Assembly: GCA_026169195.1 (NCBI GenBank)
Contig: JAPFEH010000005.1
Location: 40,837-72,836, forward strand
Direction of reading: 5' to 3'
DNA length: 32,000 nucleotides
Source: Dysosmobacter sp.
GTDB lineage: Bacteria > Bacillota > Clostridia > Oscillospirales > Oscillospiraceae
Both the position numbers and the translations under genes were made by a program. Under the pieces are notes generated by a model, which was not told where the DNA came from, did no database searches, and was given only the letters and a program-made list of their open reading frames with translations. Positions within the stretch are counted from its first letter, which is position 1, and each line of letters starts with the position of its first letter. Positions 17,106 to 24,193 of the stretch are shown here, one piece after another.

Positions 17106-17134
17106 ATTATAAAAGGTCAACCTTTTGAGGTCAA
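17106..17134 (-). promoter_or_regulatory. Promoter of the three-subunit Mo-hydroxylase operon with a dyad operator in the spacer
   Basis: On the minus strand, TTGACC (17134..17129), a 17-nt spacer, then TATAAT (17111..17106). The spacer contains the dyad AAAAGGT-CA-ACCTTTT (plus 17111-17126). Confidence 0.55.
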
Positions 17135-17191
17135 TATTCTTTTGAAAGAATATCGAAATCAGCCCGCTCCCCCGCAATTCCGATCCTCTTC

Positions 17192-17221
17192 TTGACGGCA
17201 TCCTGCGGCAGCGGCTATACT
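17192..17221 (+). promoter_or_regulatory. Possible promoter of the mocA-like gene
   Basis: TTGACG (17192-17197), an 18-nt spacer, then TATACT (17216-17221). Confidence 0.4.
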
Positions 17222-17260
17222 AAAGATATCTACACACAATCAAAACAGGAGATGCTACTT

Positions 17261-17839
17261 ATGCCTACGATCGGATGCGTCATCATGGCAGCAGGAAACG
17301 CCAAGCGGTACGGCGCCAACAAGCTCACTGCCCTTTTTCATGGCCGCAGCCTGATCCAGCGTTCTCTGGACGCCATTCCAACAGCTCATCTGGAAAAAAC
17401 CGTCGTGGTCACGCAGTATGAGGAAGTCGCTGCCTGCGCGGCAGAATCCGGCTTTTCCGTCATCCGGAATCCACACCCTGAGCTTGGTATCAGTCAAAGC
17501 CTGCGGCTGGGACTGGCCGAAACCTCCAAATGCAGCGGAGTCCTGTTCGCCGTAGCCGATCAGCCGCTCCTTCGCCGTGAAAGCGTGGAAGCGCTTTTAG
17601 CACTGTGGCAGCGCCATCCGGAGCGTATCGCGGCGCTTTCCAGCGGCGGTCAGCGGGGCAACCCCTGCCTCTTTCCCGCCCGTTTCTTTCCCGAGCTGAT
17701 GGAACTGACCGGTGATCGGGGCGGCAGCGCCGTGATCCGGCGTCATCCGGAGGATCTGATCTTGCTGGAGGTAGACGCCGCCGAGCTGGCTGATGTGGAT
17801 ACGCCGCAGGCTCTGGCGGCAATCTCCCCGCACCTCTGA
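17261..17839 (+). CDS. mocA: MobA-like NTP transferase; molybdenum cofactor cytidylyltransferase (MocA/YgfJ-like)
   Basis: MPTIGCVIMAAGNAKRYGANKL glycine-rich NTP-transferase N-terminus and VADQP motif. AGGAG lies 9 nt upstream of ATG 17261. The gene sits between two MCD-type Mo enzymes. Confidence 0.75.
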   Translation: MPTIGCVIMAAGNAKRYGANKLTALFHGRSLIQRSLDAIPTAHLEKTVVVTQYEEVAACAAESGFSVIRNPHPELGISQSLRLGLAETSKCSGVLFAVADQPLLRRESVEALLALWQRHPERIAALSSGGQRGNPCLFPARFFPELMELTGDRGGSAVIRRHPEDLILLEVDAAELADVDTPQALAAISPHL

Positions 17840-17846
17840 TGGGAAA

Positions 17847-17889
17847 GAACGCGGTCTATGTGACATTTTGCCACACAGGCCGCGTTTTT
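17847..17889. terminator. Bidirectional terminator between convergent mocA-like and fused Mo-enzyme genes
   Basis: GAACGCGGTCT ... AGGCCGCGTTT forms a stem with one wobble. It is followed by TTTTTC on the plus strand and UUCUUUCCC on the minus strand. Confidence 0.5.
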
Positions 17890-17892
17890 CAT

Positions 17893-20442
17893 TTATTTCT
17901 TGGCATACGGCGTGTTCTGCAAGGGCAGAGACGTCCTCAGCTGACCATCATAGCGGTAATAGGCGTCCGCAATCGCAGGCGCTGTGGGGATCGCGGTGAT
18001 CTCACCAATGCCAATGGCGCCGCAGGCCACGTTCAGCCCTTCCTTTTCCACCACGATGGGCGTGATCTCCGGAATCTGGTTCGCCCGGAACAGTCCAAGC
18101 GTGCCAAACTTGGCAGTCGGCCTGCAGTCCTCCAGCGGGTAGCGTTCCGTCAGGGCAAAGCCCATGGACATGACTACGCCGCCTTCGATCTGTCCTTCCA
18201 CGGACAGAGGATTCACAGCCTTCCCCACATCATGGGCCGCCACCATCTGCCGGATCCTTCCATCCTCATCCAAAATGCAGACCTGCGTTGCATACCCGTA
18301 GGCAACATGGCTGACAGGGTTCGGCACATCTGCGCCCAGCGGATCCGTCTTTCCCAGATATTCTCCATAAAAATCCCGGTTTTCCAGCTCAGCCAGCGAG
18401 GATCCGGTTAACGCTTTGCGCAAATCCTCACAGGCACGCCGGCAGGCCTCACCGGCAAAGAGCGTCTGCCGGGAACCGGAGGTCGTACCGGAGTCCGGTG
18501 AATTGTATGTATTCGCCCGCTCATACACCACCTGCTCCCGAGCGAGGCCGGTCTGGTCACAGACCATCTGGGTCAGCACCGTGCCGAGTCCCTGCCCGAT
18601 GCAGGAAGCGCCTGCCAGAATATGGACCTTTCCGTTCTGCACCGTCAGCCGTACCCGACCGGTATCCGGAATGCCCACACCCACGCCGGCATTCTTCATG
18701 GCGCAGGCGATCCCCGCGTACTTGGCCTTGTCATAATAGGGCTTCACTGCCTCCAGTGTCTCCACCAATCCCGTGGATTCGTCCACGATCTGTCCGTTTG
18801 GCAATTCCTGACCGGGGCGGATGGCATTGCGGTACCGGATCTCCCAAGGAGAAATTCCAACCAGATCCGCCATCTGATTGAGCAGCGTTTCTATGCAGAA
18901 GCAGGTCTGGGTCACGCCGAAGCCCCGGAAGGCACCGGCGGGTGGATTGTTGGTATAGTAGGCATACCCGTCAATTTCGAAATTCTGATAATTATAGGGG
19001 CCGGCCGCATGGGTGCAGGCCCGTTCCAATACCGGTCCGCCCAGTGAGGCATAGGCGCCGGTATCCGCGATGACCTCCGCCGCCACGCCCTGAATGATGC
19101 CGTTTTCATCGCATCCTATGGCAAACTCCATCTCCATCGGATGCCGCTTCGGATGGATCAGCAGGCTCTCAGCCCGTGTCAGCTTCACCTTGACCGGACG
19201 TTTGGTCAGATACGCGATCAAGGCCGCGTGGTGCTGCACCGTCACGTCTTCTTTTCCGCCGAATCCTCCGCCTACCAGACAATTGCGAACCTTTACCTGC
19301 TCCGCAGGCAGTCCCAGCATTCCCATGGTTTCTTTCTGCGTGTCATAGGTGCCCTGATCGGTTGAGAGGATCATGACCCCGTCGCCATCCGGATAGGCCA
19401 CAGCACATTCCGGCTCCAAAAACGCATGCTCCGTCCACGGAGTGGAAAATTTCCGCACCAAAATATGCTTGGATTTTGCAATGGCAAAGGCCGGATTTCC
19501 CCGCTGGATATGCTTGTGCGCCATCAAATTGCCCGACCGGTGAACCAGCGGCGCATCATACTGCATGGCTTCTCTGGGACTGCGCACCATGGGAAGCTCT
19601 TCATAATCCACTCTGACCAGTTCCTTGGCCCGCGCTAAAATTTCCGGCGTTTCAGCCGCCACCAGACAGATGGCGTCACCCAGATAATGGGTGATATCCC
19701 CCACCGCGATCATGGTATCCCAGTCTTTTTTCAGGTGGCCCACCTTGTTCTCTCCGGGAATATCCGCGGCGGTGAATACGCCCACCACCCCCGGCAGAGC
19801 CTTGGCTTCCTCCGTGTGGATCGCCAGAACCCGTGCCCGCGGATATTTTGACCGGACGGCACTTCCATAGATCATGCCATCCAAATAAATATCATCCGGA
19901 TAAAGTCCGCTTCCGGTGACCTTTTCCTCCACATCCACTCTCGGCACTCTGGCCCCCAGTGACCAGTCCTCCGGAACCGGCGGGACCTCTCCCGCACGAA
20001 ACAGTTCCGCCGCCAGCAAAATGGCGTCAATGATCTTCACATAGCCGGTACAGCGGCAGATATTATTGCGGATGGCATAGGCCGCCTCCTCCCGTGTAGG
20101 AGCCGGGTTCCCGTCCAGCAGACCCTTGGCACTCATCACCATGCCCGGAATACAAAATCCGCACTGGACCGCCCCCGACACGCCGAACGCATAGGTGTAT
20201 ACATCCCGCTCAAAGCTGCTGAGTCCCTCTACCGTGAGGATGGTCTTTCCCTCCAGCTTGTCAGTCTGCGGGATGCAGGCCTTGGTGGGTTTCCCGTCGA
20301 TCAGCACGGTGCAGGTGCCGCAGGCACCCTCACTGCAGCCGTCCTTCACGCTGGTAAGATGCAGCTCATCTCGCAAATAGCGCAGAAGCTTCTGATTCTT
20401 TTCAACAGTCACGGACTGTCCGTTCACGGTAAACACTGCCAT
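17893..20442 (-). CDS. Fused [2Fe-2S]-molybdopterin oxidoreductase without FAD domain (Mop aldehyde oxidoreductase / XdhD-like)
   Basis: 849 aa from MAVFTVNGQSV (ATG 20442, AAGGAGG upstream). CSEGACGTCTV, QCGFCIPG and CRCTGY are followed directly by the Mo-binding domains (GGGFGGKE). Confidence 0.88.
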   Translation of the reverse strand: MAVFTVNGQSVTVEKNQKLLRYLRDELHLTSVKDGCSEGACGTCTVLIDGKPTKACIPQTDKLEGKTILTVEGLSSFERDVYTYAFGVSGAVQCGFCIPGMVMSAKGLLDGNPAPTREEAAYAIRNNICRCTGYVKIIDAILLAAELFRAGEVPPVPEDWSLGARVPRVDVEEKVTGSGLYPDDIYLDGMIYGSAVRSKYPRARVLAIHTEEAKALPGVVGVFTAADIPGENKVGHLKKDWDTMIAVGDITHYLGDAICLVAAETPEILARAKELVRVDYEELPMVRSPREAMQYDAPLVHRSGNLMAHKHIQRGNPAFAIAKSKHILVRKFSTPWTEHAFLEPECAVAYPDGDGVMILSTDQGTYDTQKETMGMLGLPAEQVKVRNCLVGGGFGGKEDVTVQHHAALIAYLTKRPVKVKLTRAESLLIHPKRHPMEMEFAIGCDENGIIQGVAAEVIADTGAYASLGGPVLERACTHAAGPYNYQNFEIDGYAYYTNNPPAGAFRGFGVTQTCFCIETLLNQMADLVGISPWEIRYRNAIRPGQELPNGQIVDESTGLVETLEAVKPYYDKAKYAGIACAMKNAGVGVGIPDTGRVRLTVQNGKVHILAGASCIGQGLGTVLTQMVCDQTGLAREQVVYERANTYNSPDSGTTSGSRQTLFAGEACRRACEDLRKALTGSSLAELENRDFYGEYLGKTDPLGADVPNPVSHVAYGYATQVCILDEDGRIRQMVAAHDVGKAVNPLSVEGQIEGGVVMSMGFALTERYPLEDCRPTAKFGTLGLFRANQIPEITPIVVEKEGLNVACGAIGIGEITAIPTAPAIADAYYRYDGQLRTSLPLQNTPYAKK

Positions 20443-20503
20443 GAATGATAACCTCCTTGGCTGCCGTGCCCAACTCTGGTCCCACGGTCTTACGACGGTT
20501 TCG

Positions 20504-20555
20504 AAAAGGTCAACCTTTACAGCTTCATCATACAATCTTTTTAAGGCGATTGCAA
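20504..20555 (-). promoter_or_regulatory. Promoter of the fused Mo-enzyme gene with the same dyad just downstream of -10
   Basis: On the minus strand, TTGCAA (20555..20550), a 17-nt spacer, then TATGAT (20532..20527). Seven nt later comes the dyad (plus 20504-20518, AAAAGGTCAACCTTT). Confidence 0.55.
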
Positions 20556-20585
20556 GTTTTGTTTGTTGATTTCGCTATCCTAAGT

Positions 20586-21215
20586 TCAGGATAGCGGCGG
20601 CAGCTCCCAGCCAACTGCCAGCACACCCTTCCGCACGGAAATGGTTGCTGTCGATTCCAGAATGTGATTGCTGACACCAAGGGGAAATTCCGGCGTCAGC
20701 ACTGCGTTGGAAAGCGGATACTGGAATCCAATCTCATCAATTCCCTCTGCCCGGTCTCCCAGACAAAACGCAGAAAACAGCCCCCACTCCACGGTCTTTT
20801 CAATGGTCAGCGATTCATTTTCCAAAACAGTCCAGACAAAATCGTCATCGTAAAGATAGCCCCGTGCCCCACGGCGGCGGAGATACAGCAAAGATTGCAG
20901 GTTGGCCAGTGTATGGTCCAGCCGTTTGCCTCCGGTCCCTCCATAAATATGAAAGCTGGTATACCCGCGCTCCAGACCTGTCTTCAACGCCAGCATCGTA
21001 TCCGTATCATCCTTTTCCACCGGTGAGCGGTGAATCTTGAAAAAATCAGCCGGCTGCTCCATCGAGTCAAAGTCTCCCAGCAGCAGATCCGGAACGATGC
21101 CGCAGGCCAGACAGGTGCGATATCCCGCGTCGGCGGCTATGATGAAATCGCCGGCTGCCGGAGTCTGCCGCAAACCGTAAAAAGACCCTGCGGCAAAAAT
21201 AAAGCAATGTTTCAT
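20586..21215 (-). CDS. thiN: Thiamine diphosphokinase (thiamine pyrophosphokinase)
   Basis: LLLGDFDS, KDDTD and GGTGGRxDH-like (GGTGGKRLDH) motifs. The start MKHCFIFAAG is at 21215, with AAGGAAG upstream. Confidence 0.85.
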   Translation of the reverse strand: MKHCFIFAAGSFYGLRQTPAAGDFIIAADAGYRTCLACGIVPDLLLGDFDSMEQPADFFKIHRSPVEKDDTDTMLALKTGLERGYTSFHIYGGTGGKRLDHTLANLQSLLYLRRRGARGYLYDDDFVWTVLENESLTIEKTVEWGLFSAFCLGDRAEGIDEIGFQYPLSNAVLTPEFPLGVSNHILESTATISVRKGVLAVGWELPPLS

Positions 21216-21301
21216 ATGAGTGCACTTCCTTGACAGCGGTTTGATACGGACAGTGTAACATGATTTTTTGAAAAGCGCAAAGCATTCACGGTCTTCATCC
21301 T

Positions 21302-21335
21302 TAAAAAATCGCCGGAGCGCTGTATGCGCTCCGGC
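21302..21335 (-). terminator. Intrinsic terminator after the 57-aa ORF
   Basis: GCCGGAGCGC (21311-21320), a 5-nt loop, then GCGCTCCGGC (21326-21335). The minus-strand reading is followed by GAUUUUUUAA. Confidence 0.7.
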
Positions 21336-21360
21336 AGCAAGAAGAGAGGGTCTCCTCTTA

Positions 21361-21534
21361 TTATTGGATGTGCTCCTCACAGAAATTGTCCAGCACCCGA
21401 AAGCCCATTTCTCCCGGTGCAGCTACCGAAAACTCTGCGATGGTCACCGGATCGAACAGCGGGCAAAGACGCTTTTCAGGCTCCAACCGCAGACAGGGCA
21501 TATGCTCAGGTGCCTTTCCGGTCATTTTCGGCAT
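21361..21534 (-). CDS. Hypothetical 57-aa protein
   Basis: MPKMTGKAPEHMPCLRLEPEKRLCPLFDPVTIAEFSVAAPGEMGFRVLDNFCEEHIQ. GGAGGTGA lies 4 nt (TCCC) before ATG 21534. The ORF is flanked by its own upstream and downstream terminators. I recognise no family. Confidence 0.45.
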   Translation of the reverse strand: MPKMTGKAPEHMPCLRLEPEKRLCPLFDPVTIAEFSVAAPGEMGFRVLDNFCEEHIQ

Positions 21535-21607
21535 GGGATCACCTCCGCAAACAGTATGTGCGGAAATCAGAGGATCATGCACCGGTGCCGCACCGCCTTT
21601 GCCGGCA

Positions 21608-21637
21608 CAAAAATACCCCGCTGCTTTTGCAGCGGGG
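21608..21637 (-). terminator. Intrinsic terminator after the HPr/Crh-like gene
   Basis: CCCCGCTGC (21616-21624), TTTT, then GCAGCGGGG (21629-21637). The minus-strand reading is followed by UAUUUUUGU. Confidence 0.7.
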
Positions 21638-21661
21638 CAGTTCCGGATCCGTTCCGGCAGC

Positions 21662-21883
21662 TCAGGCCATTTTAGACACCAGCTTATCAAAGGCTTTGGG
21701 ATTTACGTCGTCCTCTGCCACCACATGCACCCGTTTGCCGATCAAAGCAAACAGGCCCAGCAGGGAACGGGCATCCAGCATCACGGTGTCATCACTGAGC
21801 CAGACTTCATACGGCGCCTTGCTGGCAAGATCGCTGATGCGCTCCAACTGGCGGCCGTCTACAATGTCAATGATTTTCGTCAT
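21662..21883 (-). CDS. Short HPr-fold protein (Crh/HPr-like, no His15 equivalent)
   Basis: 73 aa, MTKIIDIVDGRQLERISDLASKAPYEVWLSDDTVMLDARSLLGLFALIGKRVHVVAEDDVNPKAFDKLVSKMA. By eye it aligns with HPr ...ASKF..EI.L....V..KSIMGVMSLG...I...AEG.D. GAAGGAGG RBS. Confidence 0.6.
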   Translation of the reverse strand: MTKIIDIVDGRQLERISDLASKAPYEVWLSDDTVMLDARSLLGLFALIGKRVHVVAEDDVNPKAFDKLVSKMA

Positions 21884-22027
21884 ATTCTGTTCCTCCTTCT
21901 GCAAGGTTGCTTTCTCGTTCAGACCGGGGCCTATTTTACCAGTGACAGCAGCTGTACGCAAGTGCAATTTTTCTCAGATTTTCCTGAGGTAATCGTTTTC
22001 TTTTTGTCTGTTTTCCCATTTCCCATA

Positions 22028-22059
22028 AAAAACAAAACCGCCGCGGCGGTTTTGTTTTT
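22028..22059 (-). terminator. Intrinsic terminator after rluD (perfect 32-nt palindrome)
   Basis: AAAAACAAAACCGCCG/CGGCGGTTTTGTTTTT has a GC core flanked by A/T runs, so it can act on either strand. Confidence 0.7.
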
Positions 22060-22069
22060 CAGGAAACGC

Positions 22070-22990
22070 TCATCCGTTTTTTGCCCGCAGGCTGCGCAGC
22101 TTTGCCTGAAACTCTTCCGGCAGCGCACAGCAAAGTTCCACCGGTTCTCCGGTGCGCGGATGAAGAAACCGCAGCCCAACGGCATGCAGGCACTGCCCCT
22201 GCAATCCCGGCACCGGTTTTTTCCCGCCGTAAACAGTATCCCCCCAGATCGGATGGCCCAAATATGCCATATGAACCCGAATCTGGTGCGTGCGCCCCGT
22301 CTCCAGTCTGCACTCCACATAGGTAAATCCGGGAAACCGCTCTAGCACCTTCCAATGTGTAACTGCCGGACGGCCGTTTGCCACCACCGCCATTTTTTTC
22401 CGCTCCACCGGATGGCGGCCGATGGGTGCATTCACGGTACCGCTGTCCTCCCGCAGCCGGCCGGTCACAATACAATGATAGGTTCTGGCCAGAGTGTGGT
22501 CCTGCAGCTGGGCTGCCAGCTTTTGGTGGGCAACATCATTTTTGGCTGCGATCAGCAGACCGGAGGTGTCCCGGTCGATCCGATGGACGATGCCCGGACG
22601 CAGTTCTCCGCCGATTCCGGAAAGGCTGTCTCCGCAGTGGTACATCAGTGCATTGACCAGCGTACCGTCAGGATGTCCGGGAGCAGGATGGACCACCAGC
22701 CCTTTGGGCTTATTCACAACGATCACATCATCATCTTCATAAACGATATCCAAAGGGATATTCTGCGGCAGCACGTCGACCGGTTCCGGGTCCGGCAGCG
22801 TGATCTCCAGCCGTTCTCCGCCGGAAAGCCGGCTGTTTTTGGCCAGCACCCGTCCTTCCCGCAGAACCTGTCCCTCCGCCAGCAGTCTCTGCACAGCGGA
22901 GCGGGTCATCGGTTCCAGCTGATCCGTCAACCAGACATCTGCCCGCTGCCCCGCATCCTCTTCATGTACTTGGAGTATTTTTTTCTCCAT
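22070..22990 (-). CDS. rluD: RluA-family 23S rRNA pseudouridine synthase (RluD-like)
   Basis: N-terminal S4-like region, the HRIDRDTSGLL catalytic motif and the C-terminal HQIRVH motif. The start is uncertain (22990, 23011 or 23020). It overlaps the lspA 3' end. Confidence 0.85.
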   Translation of the reverse strand: MEKKILQVHEEDAGQRADVWLTDQLEPMTRSAVQRLLAEGQVLREGRVLAKNSRLSGGERLEITLPDPEPVDVLPQNIPLDIVYEDDDVIVVNKPKGLVVHPAPGHPDGTLVNALMYHCGDSLSGIGGELRPGIVHRIDRDTSGLLIAAKNDVAHQKLAAQLQDHTLARTYHCIVTGRLREDSGTVNAPIGRHPVERKKMAVVANGRPAVTHWKVLERFPGFTYVECRLETGRTHQIRVHMAYLGHPIWGDTVYGGKKPVPGLQGQCLHAVGLRFLHPRTGEPVELCCALPEEFQAKLRSLRAKNG

Positions 22991-23465
22991 GCTCTCTTTC
23001 CTTTTTGTCATACTTTTCATACAGCCACAGATAGTAAACCGCTCCCAGTAAACAGCCTGAGACGATGCAGATATCCGCTACGTTGAACACCGGATAGGAC
23101 TGCCAGAATTCCAGTTGGAACATATCCACCACATAGCCCAGCCGAAGGCGGTCAATGATATTGCCAATGCCGCCGGAAAGGATCAGAAAGCAGGCAGCGA
23201 CACCAACCGGATGCCGCACAATACGCCGCACCAGTACCCAAGCCACTGCCAGTACGATGCCCCCCGTCACGATCAGCAGCAGCCACCGCTGACCGGAAAA
23301 ACTGGACCACGCCGCGCCATAATTATGGACAGTCCTCAATTCCACCAGACCGGGGAGAAAGGGCATGGTTTCTCCCAGAGGAAGATGGACCGTGATCCAG
23401 TTCTTTACCCACTGGTCCAGCACCAAAAGGGCTGCCCCCAAAACGGCAAAGATCCCATAGAGCAT
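22962..23465 (-). CDS. lspA: Lipoprotein signal peptidase (signal peptidase II)
   Basis: NYGAAWS and FNVADI motifs and four TM segments. The start MLYGIFAVLG is at 23465, with AAGGAGGAG upstream. Confidence 0.88.
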   Translation of the reverse strand: MLYGIFAVLGAALLVLDQWVKNWITVHLPLGETMPFLPGLVELRTVHNYGAAWSSFSGQRWLLLIVTGGIVLAVAWVLVRRIVRHPVGVAACFLILSGGIGNIIDRLRLGYVVDMFQLEFWQSYPVFNVADICIVSGCLLGAVYYLWLYEKYDKKEREHGEKNTPST

Positions 23466-23574
23466 GAGCGCTCCTCCTTTATCTTTAAGAATACATTCCA
23501 GTTTACACGATTTTATAAACATTTGCAATGCAAGCTTCCTCAGGCCCCAATTTTCCTTCCTCAGCTGCCGCATC

Positions 23575-23625
23575 TTGACAAGTAAACTTGGCTATGATAT
23601 CATTCGCTTACCAAGTTTACTTGTC
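23575..23625 (+). promoter_or_regulatory. Extended -10 promoter bracketed by a perfect 15-bp inverted repeat (candidate XRE operator)
   Basis: TTGACA (23575-23580), a 17-nt spacer, then TGaTATCAT (23595-23603). GACAAGTAAACTTGG (23577-23591) and CCAAGTTTACTTGTC (23611-23625) are exact reverse complements. Confidence 0.6.
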
Positions 23626-23648
23626 ATATTAAAGTGAGGTACGATATT

Positions 23649-23981
23649 ATGAATAAGGAACAAATTTTAGAAAAGGCAAAACAAGAAGGAATGTTAGGTA
23701 TAGATGAAGGTTCAAAATATAGAAAAAATCAAGGCTATGTCTTTGGTAAAATGGCCTTCTTAATTGCATATATGATCATTGCCCTTTTTAGTTTTATCAC
23801 ATCGAATGAAATTAACACAGGTGTAACTGCAATGTTTATGGCAACACTGACTGGAGAATTGTTTTCTGATTGGCGAATGTCAAAGAAAACACTATTTCTT
23901 ATACTTTTCTTAATTAGTTTAATAACTACAATAGCCGCTCTGACTATTACAGTTTGTGATATGTATGGAGTGACAATATGA
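23649..23981 (+). CDS. Small membrane protein (about 3 TM), low GC, partnered with an XRE regulator
   Basis: MNKEQILEKAKQEG... followed by hydrophobic segments. GTGAGGT lies 8 nt upstream of ATG 23649. Its stop overlaps the XRE ATG (ATGA). Confidence 0.65.
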   Translation: MNKEQILEKAKQEGMLGIDEGSKYRKNQGYVFGKMAFLIAYMIIALFSFITSNEINTGVTAMFMATLTGELFSDWRMSKKTLFLILFLISLITTIAALTITVCDMYGVTI

Positions 23982-24193
23982 ATGAGCAGCTGATATTAAA
24001 AACCCATTTGAAAGAAGTGCGCACTGAAAAGAATTTATCACAAGCCGCACTGGCTGAGTTAGTTGGTGTATCTCGCAACACGATCAGTTCCATTGAAACA
24101 GGACAATTCCATCCAACCGCCAAATTAGCCCTGATCTTATGCATTGCGCTTGACAAAAAATTTGAAGAATTATTTTATTTTGATGAATCGTGA
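23978..24193 (+). CDS. XRE/Cro-type helix-turn-helix transcriptional regulator (71 aa)
   Basis: LKEVRTEKNLSQAALAELVGVSRNTISSIETGQFHPT is an HTH_3 pattern. Confidence 0.85.
   Translation: MNEQLILKTHLKEVRTEKNLSQAALAELVGVSRNTISSIETGQFHPTAKLALILCIALDKKFEELFYFDES

Noticed and set aside
21216-21301. A TPP riboswitch upstream of the thiamine pyrophosphokinase gene
   Set aside because: The leader is about 85 nt and lacks the CUGAGA / ACCUGAU THI-box elements.
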